64,000 nt of DNA from Nitrospirales bacterium (GCA_965203295.1 CBDBCZ010000016.1:864001-928000); one strand, 5' to 3'. Positions 15,025 to 27,200 are shown, numbered from the stretch's first letter. The notes: generated by a model from the sequence alone, not told the origin. Made by a program: numbers and translations.

Positions 15025-15178
15025 GTTGCAGTTGCACCGTCGCGACTTCAGATAATTAACGTCTTCTAGACTGTTGATGATGATAGCAACTGCCAAGTGT
15101 CTGAAAATTGCGGTGAAAGGACTGCCTTGCCTTCTGAAAATCACGGTGAAAGAACCGGTCTTGCTTTCTACCCATGAT

Positions 15179-15364
15179 TAGTCTCGCGGGCCAGACTAAC
15201 TTTTCGCCGCCTCCGTGGGAAAAGTAAGTCTGGCCATCCGCTTATTCCATCTTGGTGCAAGTGCGCCGGAATGCTGGCGCATTGTTCTTTTGCAATTAAA
15301 CGCGTGACGTCACGTACAATGACAATCCGTTTCCGGCGAAAAGTTGGTCTGGCCCGCCAGACTA
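15179..15364. mobile_element. AcademH-like MITE
   Basis: TIRs TAGTCTCGCGGGCCAGAC / GTCTGGCCCGCCAGACTA; perfect 9-bp TSD ACCCATGAT. Confidence 0.85.
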
Positions 15365-17890
15365 ACCCATGATCAGGTATATGAGCAGCTGTTCAAGTGT
15401 TTTTGTTGGGCGGATTTACTAGATTAGGCTTATAGGGTTGGGGTAGAGTTAGAATAAAGATAAGAATTTCGCTGCGCAGTTTATAAGTTATATAGAATAC
15501 GCAGAGCGAAAACCCAAAGCAATTTCACAGATTTATAAAAAAAATTATGCTCCCAATTAGCTAACATGTTGTGTAGGCCACTTACGAAGGTCTTAAAGAT
15601 CATAATGTTTCACTCAAGGACAGACAGACAAACTAATGCGCTTTGCAGCTGCAGTGGCTTATTATAATAGTAGATCCTTTGAGGTAATTACTGGCTCCAT
15701 GTGGCTCAGGCCAGATTCTGTCAGCACTATACTGACACTTACTGCATGGCAGATGCTAAATTTAAACGTCAAGTTGTGTGGTAATTCCATACAACTCGAG
15801 ATTACAGAACTTCACCTTTTTTAACATAATTATATCCAGGCAAGTTTGTAACCAACTTTTCTTACTACAGAGTTGTTCAGGCCACTAAAAGAGTACTTGC
15901 TCTGCACAAACACGAGTGCATGCAAATATAGTTTAGCGAGCGAAGCGAGCTCAACCATACTTGCAAATGTTCGCACTCCATCTCCTTCCATGTTATTCGT
16001 CAATGACACAGCTATACAAGCAAGCTACATGTGTATTCATGCAGGTTAATCAGAAAAAGCTTTTTTGTCTATTATGCAACACTTCATATCAATTTCAGCT
16101 GCATCAATAGAGGAACCCTAGCTGGTTTACAGCAACCCTTTCATTGTTGTCTACATCCTGCCGAAACTACGCACAATGTTCTGTATTAATGGCCTTGTTA
16201 TAAATTTTTCAACCGCGTGTGCATGAAATAGCATGGCAGCATAGCTCTCAGGTTGCATCAAGCCACTGTAGCTTCCTGCACTGGTAAATTTTCATTTGCT
16301 AATGTAACTTGCTTGCACAGATTTTAAGTTTCACTTTTTTTTATTGAGAATACTACTTTTATCTGAGCTAGTCCCACACTAGCAAGTTGGCTCTGCATTT
16401 CTATCTGTTTGTATTATGGTACATACACTGAAATTATGAAAGGGTTGTCTTATGGATATACCTACTGTATTAACGCAGCTATTATTGGGTGTGGGGGTAT
16501 GCTTTAGACGTTTTGCTGACTGCATGTGGCTGGGAATGGGAGTACCCCCTGAACAAATGAACTGCAAAAAAAAATGTTTGGCATCCAGGTGAATGATCTC
16601 TGTCACGGAGAGCTAAGAGAGGGGAACTAACCTAGTGGATTGCTTGATCTCCAGTGCTCATATCTGAGCTTAGAGAGTGGCAACACAAATTCTGCCAACC
16701 TGGGAGTTGCAGTAACCCTTACTTCATAAAACAGCATTATAGACACTCACGATTTCTGCCTCGAGCTCATTCTGCAGCAAGAGCTCAATGTCACGTTATA
16801 TTTGGACCCCCACAAAAATAACGTACCCGTGGAACAAGTTCTGTATGCATGTATGTGTACACCATCAGCCACTGTTTGCTTGTCAATTACGACAGTGTTG
16901 GGATCACACTTGATGACTTCAGTTAACAGCCTCACTGAACTGATGTTTCCCAGTGCACAAGCTCAAAGCAGTTGTGTTTCTATATTCATGTCTTTATTCA
17001 TTCGCTGTATTTCGTTCTATTCACTGTGTGCTGGCTGCTCAATAGAAAAACAAATTGTACGCTGTTTCTTTCAAGATCAGGCAGTATCCCAAAGGGACTT
17101 TGATGCTGCTGTTCCACACAGAGTCCTGTACCCAGAAGGGTATATATCATGAACTACTATCATTTTGCAATATATGTACATGCAAATATAACATGTAAAT
17201 TATTTTGTCTCAATTTTCTACTTTAGAAACTTGTACTATAAATCCTGTACTACATGTATTGTGGAAATCATTCTGTCCAGTTGTATAAACAGATGTATTA
17301 AACCTTGGCTGGGAAAGAGTATAGTCTCTATACGATAGTGCATACATAACAGTCAGGGTTTCATCCAGTGCATGGGAGTGACAGGGGATCGAAGCTCCCC
17401 CTCAAAAAGCAAAGCTTCCCTCCAAACAGATCAAGCAATGATTAAGAAACCTCATAATATTATTAACAAGCTAAGTTTCATGTCACCGAAGCTCCTCTCC
17501 AGAGTAGCCTCAGAAGCCACCAGATGGAGGCAGTGAAAAGTTAGTCTTGCACATGAGACTATGTATACATGTACTAGATGTGAGCACTGTCATGTGCTCG
17601 AGCATGAGTACAGCTCTGTCCCCCCACCCCAAAATATATCCTTGATGAAACCATAACAGTGTGTTCATCAAAGAGCATGTAGGGTTGGAATCACAAAGTA
17701 TTAAAGTAACCAAAAAGGACACCACGAAACTTTCAAAAACATTACCATCCTTACATCTTGTCAATACACACACACACCACAATTGACGAAGTTGCTGCTT
17801 GACTAACAAGGAACTCTGGCATAAAGTAATTTCCAGTTCACATATTACAACAATATTATGTATAGAGAAAGTCAATCAGCATCTGTACAG

Positions 17891-20854
17891 TTACACCATG
17901 GTGACAATCACCTTCCCTCGTGTGTGTCCACTCTCAACGTGTTTGTGTGCAGCCACGATCTCGTCCAGTGCATACACAGCAGCGATGAGGGGGCGGATCT
18001 CCCCTCGCTCCACCATTCCCCGCACTTCCTCAAGGGCCTCTGCATTTGGCTCTGCTATGGAGTAGTAGAAAGCCCGGCCGTAGAACAGCCGATTCAGCGC
18101 GACCTTGAAGCGATAGAACCACGAGAACAACAGACCTCCAAAGAACGTACCAAACCTTGCGATGAAGTACAATTTTGGAGACCGTATGCTGACGTAAACG
18201 CCGTTCCCGAAGCACTTCAGCACACTCAGAGAAGGTCTTTCGTACACATAACCAACTGTGTCAAACACAAGATCGTACTCCTTCAGGGTTGTGGCGAAAT
18301 TTCCCGTTGTGTAGTCGATAGCTTTGTCGGCTCCAAGACGATGTGCGAGGGAGATATTGCCGGTGGAGCAGGTTGTGGTGACCTCTGCACCCCAGGCCTT
18401 CAGCAGCTGGATCGCAAACGAGCCAACACCTCCAGTTCCAGCATGCACGAGGACCTGTTTCCCCCTTGCATTACCTCTGTTGAGACCGCCCAGCTGGACC
18501 AGTGCAGTCCACGTAGTGACAGCAACCCACGGGAGGGAGGCTGCTTCACGGTGATCGACGTTGCAGGGCTTGAAGGCCAGCTCACTCTCTCTCATGGTGA
18601 CATACTCGGCATGGGTGCCTTGGCGTGCGAACGAGACAGCCCCATATACGAGATCTCCCGGCAAGAACTTCTTCACGTTGTCCCCTACTGCAACCACCTC
18701 ACCAGAGCAGTCTCGCCCGACAATCAGCGGAAAGAACTTCTTCCTGGTCATTCGAGAAATTCTGCGAAAGAAATCTGCGCCATAGCCCCGTCTCATGCCC
18801 AAGTCAATTGGGTTGATGGATGCAGCATGGACTCGAACTAGGACATCCTCCGGATGAAACTCACCCACGAATCGAGGGTCGATTTGTAGGACTTTGTCGG
18901 AACCTCCAAACGTGTTGCAGATGGCAGCCCTGTGGCGGGAATACTGCTGCTGGAATTGGGGTGCTCTTTGAATGTGAAGGCCTCTTAGCAGCCAGAACAC
19001 CCCTAGTCCAATACACACTAAGCTCTTGATGGGTAACTCGCTGTATTTGAACAGTAGGAAAGCGGTACCAGCGCTGGTCACAGCATCACGGAGGAGGGTC
19101 GGAGGCTGCTGATGTGACACAGGGTGGGGTGAAGTTGCAGGGATCCTCTTTGGTGGTGTGTCACCAACAACGGTGCTGACAATCTTCTTGGCTTCTAGCG
19201 AGCTAGGCTGGCAGTCCGACCTCCACGCTACCACGCCATCAGGACGAACAAGGAAGTACTTTCGATCATAGCAGGCCACGAGCTCTGGAAGCTTGGGGTA
19301 GGAGTACGTCTCATAGGGCAAGCCCCTGGTCCTCATTTCTGCCTTGAGGTCATCCAGATTACTCTCCTCTCCTCCAATGGTCAGTAAAACGAACTGCTTT
19401 CCGAATAGGTCAAGGATTGTGGCACAGTCCGGCAGTGCTACGTGAGGGGCACGACAACCAGGCAGCAAGGAAGGTACAAACCTTGTTCTGGTGCTGGCAT
19501 TCAGCTTGACCTTGCCAAAGGAGTCGTACTCGTGCATGATCACAGGGGAGTTGATGTACTGGAAGCCGAGGACAATATCAATCCCCAGGGTGACCTGAGC
19601 ATTCAAGGATCTTCCCATCACACGACCAAGTACGAAACGGGTCAACGGGTTGGAAACTAGGAACGGCAGTATCTTCAGTCTAAATTCCTCCATGCCCTCT
19701 GTACCACCAATAGAGAGAGCAAACCGTCGGGCAATATCAGCCATTCGCATGCGCTCAACCTGGTAAGAATTAAGCAGATACGGACCACCGAATCCCTTCA
19801 AGACGGCTTCCAATTTCCAGGCAAGGTCAGCAACATCGCTCAGCCCGGTATTCATTCCCAAGCCACCAGCGGGGAGCCATTGGTGGGCACTGTCACCGGC
19901 CAAAAAGCAACGACCTTCCTGGTACTTCGTGGAGACGAGGGCGTGCATGTTGTAGCCTGAGGCTGCAACTACTGTGTGGGGTAGGTTTACACCCACGGCA
20001 TTGACTATGCAGCGAGAGGCATTGCGAACATATTCCTGGAGGACCTCGTCACTGGTGTTTGGGGGAAGTACGACATGGAGAGCAAAGTCCGCATTGGCGT
20101 TTAGCGTGATCAGAAATCCGGACCCTTTCTTGCTGACAACCACACAAAACCCCAACTGATCTCTTTCCTTCATCCGCGTATAGAGCTCTGTAGACTTGAA
20201 AGTGATGCTACATGCTCTGACAATCACAAACTCACCGTACGTGTGGATTCCAAGCTGCTTTCGAATCGGGCTAGACCCTCCATCACATGCAATGAGGTAC
20301 TTTGCTTTGAAGACTTTTTCCGAAGGATCATTTTCAGAGCTGGCACTACAGACTGCTCGAATTGTGACTCCATTCTCGTCCTGAGCTAGCGACATCACTT
20401 CCCAGCCCCAAAACGTCTTAACATTGGGGCAAGCCTCGATATGCTCCTTCAGCACTGGCTCAAGGGCAGTCTGTGGGCACACCATAGGGATGGCAACAGA
20501 CGCCCCAGGTTGATAGAACAGGAATGTTTTCCCCGGAATACCATCCACAATCTCCCCCCAAGACGCAAACTTCTTCCTCCACATCGTTGAACCACCTAAG
20601 ACGCTTGTTCGAACCGAAGCGTTAAATGACATGTCTCTTGGGTAAGCCGCATCCATCACTTTTTGCTGTAGCCCAAGCCTTCGGTAGTGCTCCATGGTTC
20701 GGGAGCTGACGTAAGCAGCCTTGGCAAGGACAGAGGTTGATGTTTTCTTCTCGACCACAATGGACTTTATGCCTCGGTAGGACAGTTCGGCAGCCATTGT
20801 GAGACCCACGGGCCCCCCGCCCACAATCAACACATCCATCTCCTCACTTGCCAT
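17891..20854 (-). CDS. Fusion protein: PheA/TfdB-type FAD-dependent aromatic monooxygenase + hydrophobic linker + RTN4IP1-like MDR-family NADPH:quinone oxidoreductase
   Basis: 987-aa single-exon ORF. N-half has GGGPVG (Rossmann), IACDGGSS (DG motif), FLAGDSAH..P.GGLGMN (GD motif) and the C-terminal LVRPDGVVAWR of phenol-hydroxylase-like enzymes. C-half has VHAASINPID, GRDCSGEV, AASLPWVAVTTW, AGTGGVGSFAIQL and HTRGKVIV. Confidence 0.9.
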   Translation of the reverse strand: MASEEMDVLIVGGGPVGLTMAAELSYRGIKSIVVEKKTSTSVLAKAAYVSSRTMEHYRRLGLQQKVMDAAYPRDMSFNASVRTSVLGGSTMWRKKFASWGEIVDGIPGKTFLFYQPGASVAIPMVCPQTALEPVLKEHIEACPNVKTFWGWEVMSLAQDENGVTIRAVCSASSENDPSEKVFKAKYLIACDGGSSPIRKQLGIHTYGEFVIVRACSITFKSTELYTRMKERDQLGFCVVVSKKGSGFLITLNANADFALHVVLPPNTSDEVLQEYVRNASRCIVNAVGVNLPHTVVAASGYNMHALVSTKYQEGRCFLAGDSAHQWLPAGGLGMNTGLSDVADLAWKLEAVLKGFGGPYLLNSYQVERMRMADIARRFALSIGGTEGMEEFRLKILPFLVSNPLTRFVLGRVMGRSLNAQVTLGIDIVLGFQYINSPVIMHEYDSFGKVKLNASTRTRFVPSLLPGCRAPHVALPDCATILDLFGKQFVLLTIGGEESNLDDLKAEMRTRGLPYETYSYPKLPELVACYDRKYFLVRPDGVVAWRSDCQPSSLEAKKIVSTVVGDTPPKRIPATSPHPVSHQQPPTLLRDAVTSAGTAFLLFKYSELPIKSLVCIGLGVFWLLRGLHIQRAPQFQQQYSRHRAAICNTFGGSDKVLQIDPRFVGEFHPEDVLVRVHAASINPIDLGMRRGYGADFFRRISRMTRKKFFPLIVGRDCSGEVVAVGDNVKKFLPGDLVYGAVSFARQGTHAEYVTMRESELAFKPCNVDHREAASLPWVAVTTWTALVQLGGLNRGNARGKQVLVHAGTGGVGSFAIQLLKAWGAEVTTTCSTGNISLAHRLGADKAIDYTTGNFATTLKEYDLVFDTVGYVYERPSLSVLKCFGNGVYVSIRSPKLYFIARFGTFFGGLLFSWFYRFKVALNRLFYGRAFYYSIAEPNAEALEEVRGMVERGEIRPLIAAVYALDEIVAAHKHVESGHTRGKVIVTMV

Positions 20855-20913
20855 GGTGGGGGTTAACGTCTTTAACTGTTTTCAACAGCTGGTTACCAGC
20901 AGTGTTGCGATAG

Positions 20914-21246
20914 CTGGGAAAAGGGAAAATGATAGTGATACAGGATCTTATCATTTGGGAGGATGAACAAGTTTGAATATTCAATTAGGACAGCTTGCCC
21001 GGTGCACCAAGCTCAACAGTCAAGTTGGAAGCAAAAGTAGTTCTTGCATGAAACTACCTTCATGGCAAATCGCACTGTACGTACATGTACGTATGGTTTC
21101 TGTCGTTTGTGAAACAAAAACGACACTTCTGGTATAATTTTAATAATAAACCATGGATGATGGTGGGCAAATAAATTTATGAGGTATGGCACTTTTCAGA
21201 AGGCTTTAATGCGCATTTAGGCCTATTAATATTACACAACACTTAC
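20914..21246 (-). other. Probable 5'-UTR intron of the monooxygenase-fusion gene
   Basis: Minus-strand donor GTAAGT (plus ACTTAC 21241-21246) and acceptor ATCATTTTCCCTTTTCCCAG (plus 20914-20933) ~60 nt upstream of the ATG. Confidence 0.55.
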
Positions 21247-21249
21247 GAG

Positions 21250-21443
21250 TAATTCGTTGATACTCAGGCGGCCACGCTGCTTAGCGCTTGCTTGCTACGC
21301 CAGACTAGCCGCTGCGGCTCGCACGCATAGATCTACAGTCGAATTAATTAATAATTAATTAACTCTCTGGGCCGCACGTGCATATTATGCATGGCGCGTG
21401 GTCTAGATCCTGCCTTTTATTTTGTCATTTCGGCTGATAAGGG
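21250..21443. promoter_or_regulatory. Putative bidirectional promoter between the monooxygenase fusion (-) and MRPL22 (+)
   Basis: CpG-richer segment between two divergently oriented first exons; positional inference only. Confidence 0.4.
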
Positions 21444-21505
21444 ATGGTTTCTCTCAGTGTGCACGGATTCCTGCCGACTATATCCTCCATCCTTGGCTCT
21501 GTAAG
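21444..21505 (+). CDS. MRPL22: MRPL22 predicted exon 1 (MVSLSVHGFLPTISSILGSV-), start of a mitochondrial-presequence-like N-terminus
   Basis: ATG, 20 codons + AG, then GTAAGA donor; phase 2 joins exon 2 in frame. Confidence 0.6.
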
Positions 21506-21893
21506 GTAAGATATTTGTATACACCGGTACTATTAAGCTCCATGCTATCTATATCCTTTATGCAGTGTAGGAGGTATCAAATTATGTGATTATTCACAGC
21601 TGGTACCTGGGTTGATAGCATGCAGGCAGGGAAAATGATTGGTTTACTGAAACAATGGGCTATTCTAGTGAATGAGTACCAGGATCAAATCGGAGAATGG
21701 CACCTCAGGGGCATGGCAGCGCTAGCGGAAGTCATGTGATCTAACCCTAAGCCTTCCGACTTGACATGATGCCACTTCAACTTGATTTGTTGTTTTACAG
21801 GGCCTGACTGACCCAAAAAAAATTTAAATGCAATAAGAATAAAAATGAAGTAGTTTAAAATTATGCGCATGCACGAGGAACCTTGAGGGGGAG

Positions 21894-22448
21894 GAGTCTC
21901 GTGCCCAGACCGTCACTCCTCCCCCTCGCTGAAACGGTCTGGCGACTCCAAGTCCAGAAGGTTGTTTAAATGGATACGATGTGTGCAGAGTAATGAGTGG
22001 TTTAATTGCAGTTAGTGAAGTAGTTTATACTTCAAAGCTGTATACAAGTTACTACTGTCTCTACAAGGATCGTTTGTACACAAATCTTGACTGAAAACTA
22101 GCCACAGTACTGTACAGAATGCAACGTGAACAAGGTACGGTAACTTGCTTTTCAAAGCTACCACGATTTGCTCTTTTCATAAGCCCTGCTTTTGACGACA
22201 TTACGGTTATCTAACCTTCCGAGCTGCATAAAGAACAGTATCTTTAGCCAGCTGATTCAAATGGCTGCCTAACTCTGCCCAAAACAGCTAACATTGCTTT
22301 TTCTTTACCGTATAAGCATTCTTTTGTGTAATAATACTGCAATCTCATTGGATCTGCCTGGAATGCAATTGGGTGAAACTACCTTTTGGACTTGGGTCGC
22401 CAAACCGTTTCAGTAAGAGGGAGGAGTGACGGTCTGGGCATGAGACTA
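21894..22448. mobile_element. AcademH-like MITE (same family as 49692-50250)
   Basis: TIRs AGTCTCGTGCCCAGACCGTCACTCCTCC / GGAGGAGTGACGGTCTGGGCATGAGACTA; internal sequence similar to 49692-50250. Confidence 0.8.
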
Positions 22449-22459
22449 GGCAGGGAGGG

Positions 22460-23398
22460 AGTAGAGGTCTGGGCATGAGAGTGGAGGTCTGGGTATGAGA
22501 ATGGAGGTCTGGGTATGAGAATGGAGGTCTGGGTATGAGAGTGGAGGTCTGGGTATGAGAGTGGAGGTCTGGGTATGAGACTGGAGGTCTGGGTATGAGA
22601 GTGGAGGTCTGGGTATGAGAGTGGAGTCTGGGTATGAGAGTGGAGGTCTGGGTATGAGAGTGGAGGTCTGGGTGTGAGACTGGAGGTCTGGGTATGAGAC
22701 TGGATGTCTGGGTATGAGACTTGAGGTCTGGGTATGAGAGTGGAGGTCTGGGTATGAGAGTGGAGGTCTGGGTGTGAGAGTGGAGGTCTGGGTATGAGAG
22801 TGGAGGTCTGGGTGTGATAGTGGAGGTCTGGGTATGAGAGTGGAGGTCTGGGTATGAGAGTGGAGGTCTGGGTGTGAGAGTGGAGGTCTGGGTGTGAGAC
22901 TGGAGGTCTGGGTATGAGACTGGAGGTCTGGGTATGAGACTTGAGGTCTGGGTATGAGAGTGGAGGTCTGGGTATGAGAGTGGAGGTCTGGGTGTGAGAG
23001 TGGAGGTCTGGGTATGAGAGTGGAGGTCTGGGTGTGAGAGTGGAGGTCTGGGTATGAGACTGGAGGTCTGGGTATGAGAGTGGAGGTCTGGGTATGAGAA
23101 TGGAGGTCTGGGTATGAGAGTGGAGGTCTGGGTGTGAGTGGAGGTCTGGGTGTGAGAGTGGAGGTCTGGGTGTGAGAGTGGAGGTCTGGGTATGAGAGTG
23201 GAGGTCTGGGTATGAGACTGGAGGTCTGGGTATGAGAGTGGAGGTCTGGGTATGAGAGTGGAGGTCTGGGTGTGAGTGGAGGTCTGGGTGTGAGAGTAGA
23301 GGTCTGGGTGTGAGAGTGGAGGTCTGGGTATGAGAGTGGAGGTCTGGGTATGAGAGTGGAGGTCTGGGTATGAGACTGGAGGTCTGGGTATGAGACTA
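22460..23398. repeat. 20-bp minisatellite (GTGGAGGTCTGGGTATGAGA)n, ~47 units, derived from the MITE terminus
   Basis: Tandem units read directly; the unit contains GGTCTGGGYATGAGA of the adjacent TIR and the array ends in GAGACTA. Confidence 0.95.
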
Positions 23399-23416
23399 CT
23401 GCATTTTCCCATGCAG

Positions 23417-23537
23417 CAGAGCTGGCTATCCAGTGAGCCGTGCAGCCACTATTGCTGCAGCAGCCGTGAGGCACTCCAGTAGTGCGGTGGCAGAGACCAA
23501 GCACAGCGGATCTCAGATTGGAGCAGCCCCTAATAAT
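23417..23537 (+). CDS. MRPL22: MRPL22 predicted exon 2 (S-RAGYPVSRAATIAAAAVRHSSSAVAETKHSGSQIGAAPNN)
   Basis: Acceptor TTTTCCCATGCAG, donor GTGAGT; open in the phase set by exon 1 and ends in phase 0 matching exon 3; R/A/S-rich and acid-poor like a mitochondrial presequence. Confidence 0.65.
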
Positions 23538-24130
23538 GTGAGTCTGCAAGAGATGTGCATCTGAGATGTACAGCTTATAGAGTATAGCTATAAGCTCTTC
23601 TGAAAGGAGGTGGTCAATTCTTCAATCAAACCAATTAATGAGTTGCGGTTCTGGTTTGCTGTAGCAAGGTTTATGAAAGCTGCTGTAACCTAGTGAGATG
23701 GTTTGTCTTGATGCTATCAATGGGGTGTAACTAGCACTTACATCTGGCCACAGTGCAGTTCTGACAAACATGTAACCAGTTACTCTAAGTGATAGTTGCA
23801 GTTTTCTTACGCCATACAAGTAGGCCTCCACATCTGGAATCCATGTTTTGTCCTAGTCATGGCTTCATTAAGGCAGTAATTGAGTATTGTAGCAACATTC
23901 TTTCATGAAAATTAATACATGGCAGTCCTTTATGAACGGTAATTAACCTGCATTGTTTCTCCTTCGATAAATACTGCCATGAAGTCATAGAAATACTTAG
24001 TAGGTTCTGGATCCCAAAAAAATCCAAATGTAGGAGTGGAAACTGTTCCAGTTCCCACCTTGTTTGGTTAGTTTTTTTCCAACCATGCTGTGTATGTGGA
24101 ATTTGTTATGCGGGGTGATGAGATGTCCAA

Positions 24131-24293
24131 ATAGACCCTTTACCATATAATGTAAAAGGAGGCACTAAATGGAGACAATACACGAAAGCATGCAAGTTTT
24201 TGTGCTTTCATGCAAAATTTAAACAAAAGCATGTAATTTTCCATTTAGTGCCTACTTTTACCCCGCATTGCATCATAATGGTAAAGGGTCTGT
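24131..24293. mobile_element. Small TIR element (MITE)
   Basis: Inverted repeats AGACCCTTTACCAT..AGGCACTAAATGGA / TCCATTTAGTGCCT..ATGGTAAAGGGTCT. Confidence 0.6.
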
Positions 24294-27200
24294 GGACTTG
24301 TGTGTTGAAAGCGCTTTCGTGAATCATCTCACTTGCAAATAGATTAAATTTGCTCTGGGTTGAAGATAGCATTTCATAGTGGGGAAATTTCTCATTGCAT
24401 ATGTAGTTGGTTTGGGGAGGAATTAGGGTGTTCCCCTTAAAAGTGATATGTAGTTATAGTGACCAGTACACTCTGTAGTGTATATGTATATATCAAAAGT
24501 TGTGACCAGTAGAATCTGTAGTATGTGTGAGGGAGACAAGAGTTGTCTGCACTGTGAGCAGCTTCAATTGTTTATTACTGCTGAACATGGCAGATGTTGG
24601 ATTGAGGTGATGGGAGGATGAGTGGTGTCGAGGCATGTTGCTGTGACAGATAATTTAGTTATTGACAAAAAGCAATGATGGCAAAACTCCCGAACAATCT
24701 TCGATCTCCGTGAATCAAGCAGTTTCTATCTAGTGTCACACGGATGAATGACTGCCTACCCCCTCCAGTATCACTCATACCTTATAATTATACGCTATAC
24801 TTAGATGAGTGACTGGGTGGGTCTTTTCCGTATTTGTATCACGAAACTATAATCAGCCATGTGAGTAAGTCTATTTGTTTTTATAGCTGCAGTTTGTGTA
24901 ACTTCTGCAGTCACAAACTAGCAGACCAGAACAGACAGCACAACCGGAGGTGTGGGCTTTTAATAGATGAACACGTGGTGGCAGGCAGTCTGCGCATGCG
25001 CAATTCTAGTCATAAAATGGCGTGAAACAGCAAGCGTCTACTCGAGAGTTTTCGGAAGCTCAATTCTTTGAAAATACTATCAGAGAGTCGGTAGACTCTC
25101 TATGTAGGGATGGCACGGACACTCCATATACGCAATATAAAATCAGAACTTTTTAAATCTCTCCAAAAAATTACTTTTAAGCTTTCATAGGCACCTAACC
25201 TTCATTTTCGGGGGTTTCTGCAACCAACAAGGCTCACAAAGTTGCCAAAAAGCTTCGCTAAAGTAGAAAACAGGAAGCTGGCTGAACTACCAGTTTGTTC
25301 ACGTTCTAATAATAATTCTGGTTTCTTGTTCTTCTTCAACGAGGCTAGCTCAAAATTGGTTCAAGTGATTGCCGTGATTGTAGCACGAAAGATCTTCATT
25401 TTCGAGCGCGCAGGTCCACGACAACATCATCTTCATAACGATCAAACCGATTCTCGAATGTGCTATACAGTGCGCTCTCTCGAGCTCTGCAGTCCAGTTT
25501 TACGCCATTTTATTATTTGTACGCATGCGCGGAGATTGTCACATGACATCCACTTGGCAACCAGAGATCGTCATCGTGTGCTTTATTTCACTGCTACTGG
25601 AGTGTTGTTCTTCGGCAAATGGATCAGTGAACTTATTCATGCGGCTGGAATAATTACTTAGAGTGCACCTTTTTACCAAGGTGAGTAGCTATTATAAGAA
25701 CTTACTCGTGTCAGTATGAAGACAGCTAGCCCAACTGCGTATGTGCGTTAAATAGAGTATGGATGCATAGAGCTAGGCTGGCTACATCTTCACTGGGCGA
25801 GGAAAGCCTCCGTACCTCACTCAAATAATTCTAGGCAAGGAAAGCCTGGGTATGAAGCATTCTCATGGTCTAGACTCACTTGGGGGGAGTGAGGCTCAGA
25901 GTTTCCATGTCAACTACAAGACTAAAAAGTGATTACCGCAACATGAGAGTAAATGGCATTTCTTCTGCTGGATAGAAGTTCAGCTATTCACAACTAAAGC
26001 CCAAACAGAAAATTGTGGTCGAGGCGTTAGATCTAGTGTCATAGCAAGCTGATCGCTGCTGTGCGGTTAGTATTAGTTATTAATTCTGCATTCTTTACAC
26101 GCGACCAGTCTGGAATAATCACATTCTTCCATGGCACAGAATGCTGTCCGTAGTGTCCAGACTCACTCCTCCCCCCTTTAAGTTGGGGTGTCCACGTTGA
26201 CACGCCAAATTTACCTCTGTCTCTGAAACTTTCTGTCTGCGTTTTCAGGTACCATGAATTGCTTTTCCTTACTTGCTATCTATTGTCTTTACCTTTGGCG
26301 GTGCGGTCGGCTCGTTATGCATCTTAAGATAGAGCTCCAAATAGAGGTGGAGGTTTTTTGGGTGGGAGGGAGATGCCCCTAGATCTCCTTAGAATGATGT
26401 CTGGTGTTCAAAAGAATAGCCCCTTGCCTCGGCCCCACAACGAAAAATTCCTGTATTAAACCCTGATCTATACTATGACTGATCTAAAATTTAAGAAGAA
26501 CCTTTAAGGATGGAGTGCCTGTCATGTAACAACTTATTTCATCAACTGGTATCTATTATTACGCCTGGTTGTGTCCGTTCGTCGATCCGTCCGTGCGTAC
26601 GTGTGAAAAACGGAAACGGAAGCCGTATGCGCGCGCTCCCGGATGCACCTTCGACCTGTGACCAGCTCACGGTCACAGGTCAAAGTACCACGTGTCTGTA
26701 TGTGAAGTGCGAGAAGATGCTAGCTCTTTCCAGCGACTACAAGACTTAGTTTCGCGATGTCAGGCACTTTAACACAAAGGTTAGTTGCGGTATAGTCCTA
26801 GCTGTAAGGGAAAGCCAAGCAGAGATATAACTGCTATGCTAGGCTAACCATGTCGATGTGCATTAAATAGAGTTGGTGCCGTTCTCCTGCATGTAGCCTG
26901 TGGTATAGCTAGGCTACAGTGCTAGCTCGCCTGTTTGGTCTAGCACCTGTTTGTAGTCTCTCCTCTGAGTCACTACCTCTGGTTAGAATATGGTGAACAT
27001 GCAAGTAGCCATGCTGAGAATAATATCAGTGCCATTCACGTGATATGTAGCTAGGCTATGGCTGTGAAGAGCTAGGCAGTAGTCCCAGCATGCCTAAACT
27101 GTTTTACAGCTGATTGTAGTCTTCTCTGTAGTGCTGTCTCCACACTTCAGTCTGCCAGCAACACTACTAGCTAAATGTACCCTACAAACCAACAAATCAC

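Noticed and set aside
17858..18841. 327-aa plus-strand ORF
   Set aside because: Antisense shadow of the monooxygenase-reductase CDS with no recognisable motifs.
22345..23549. 355/367-aa ORFs
   Set aside because: Translations of the 20-bp minisatellite.
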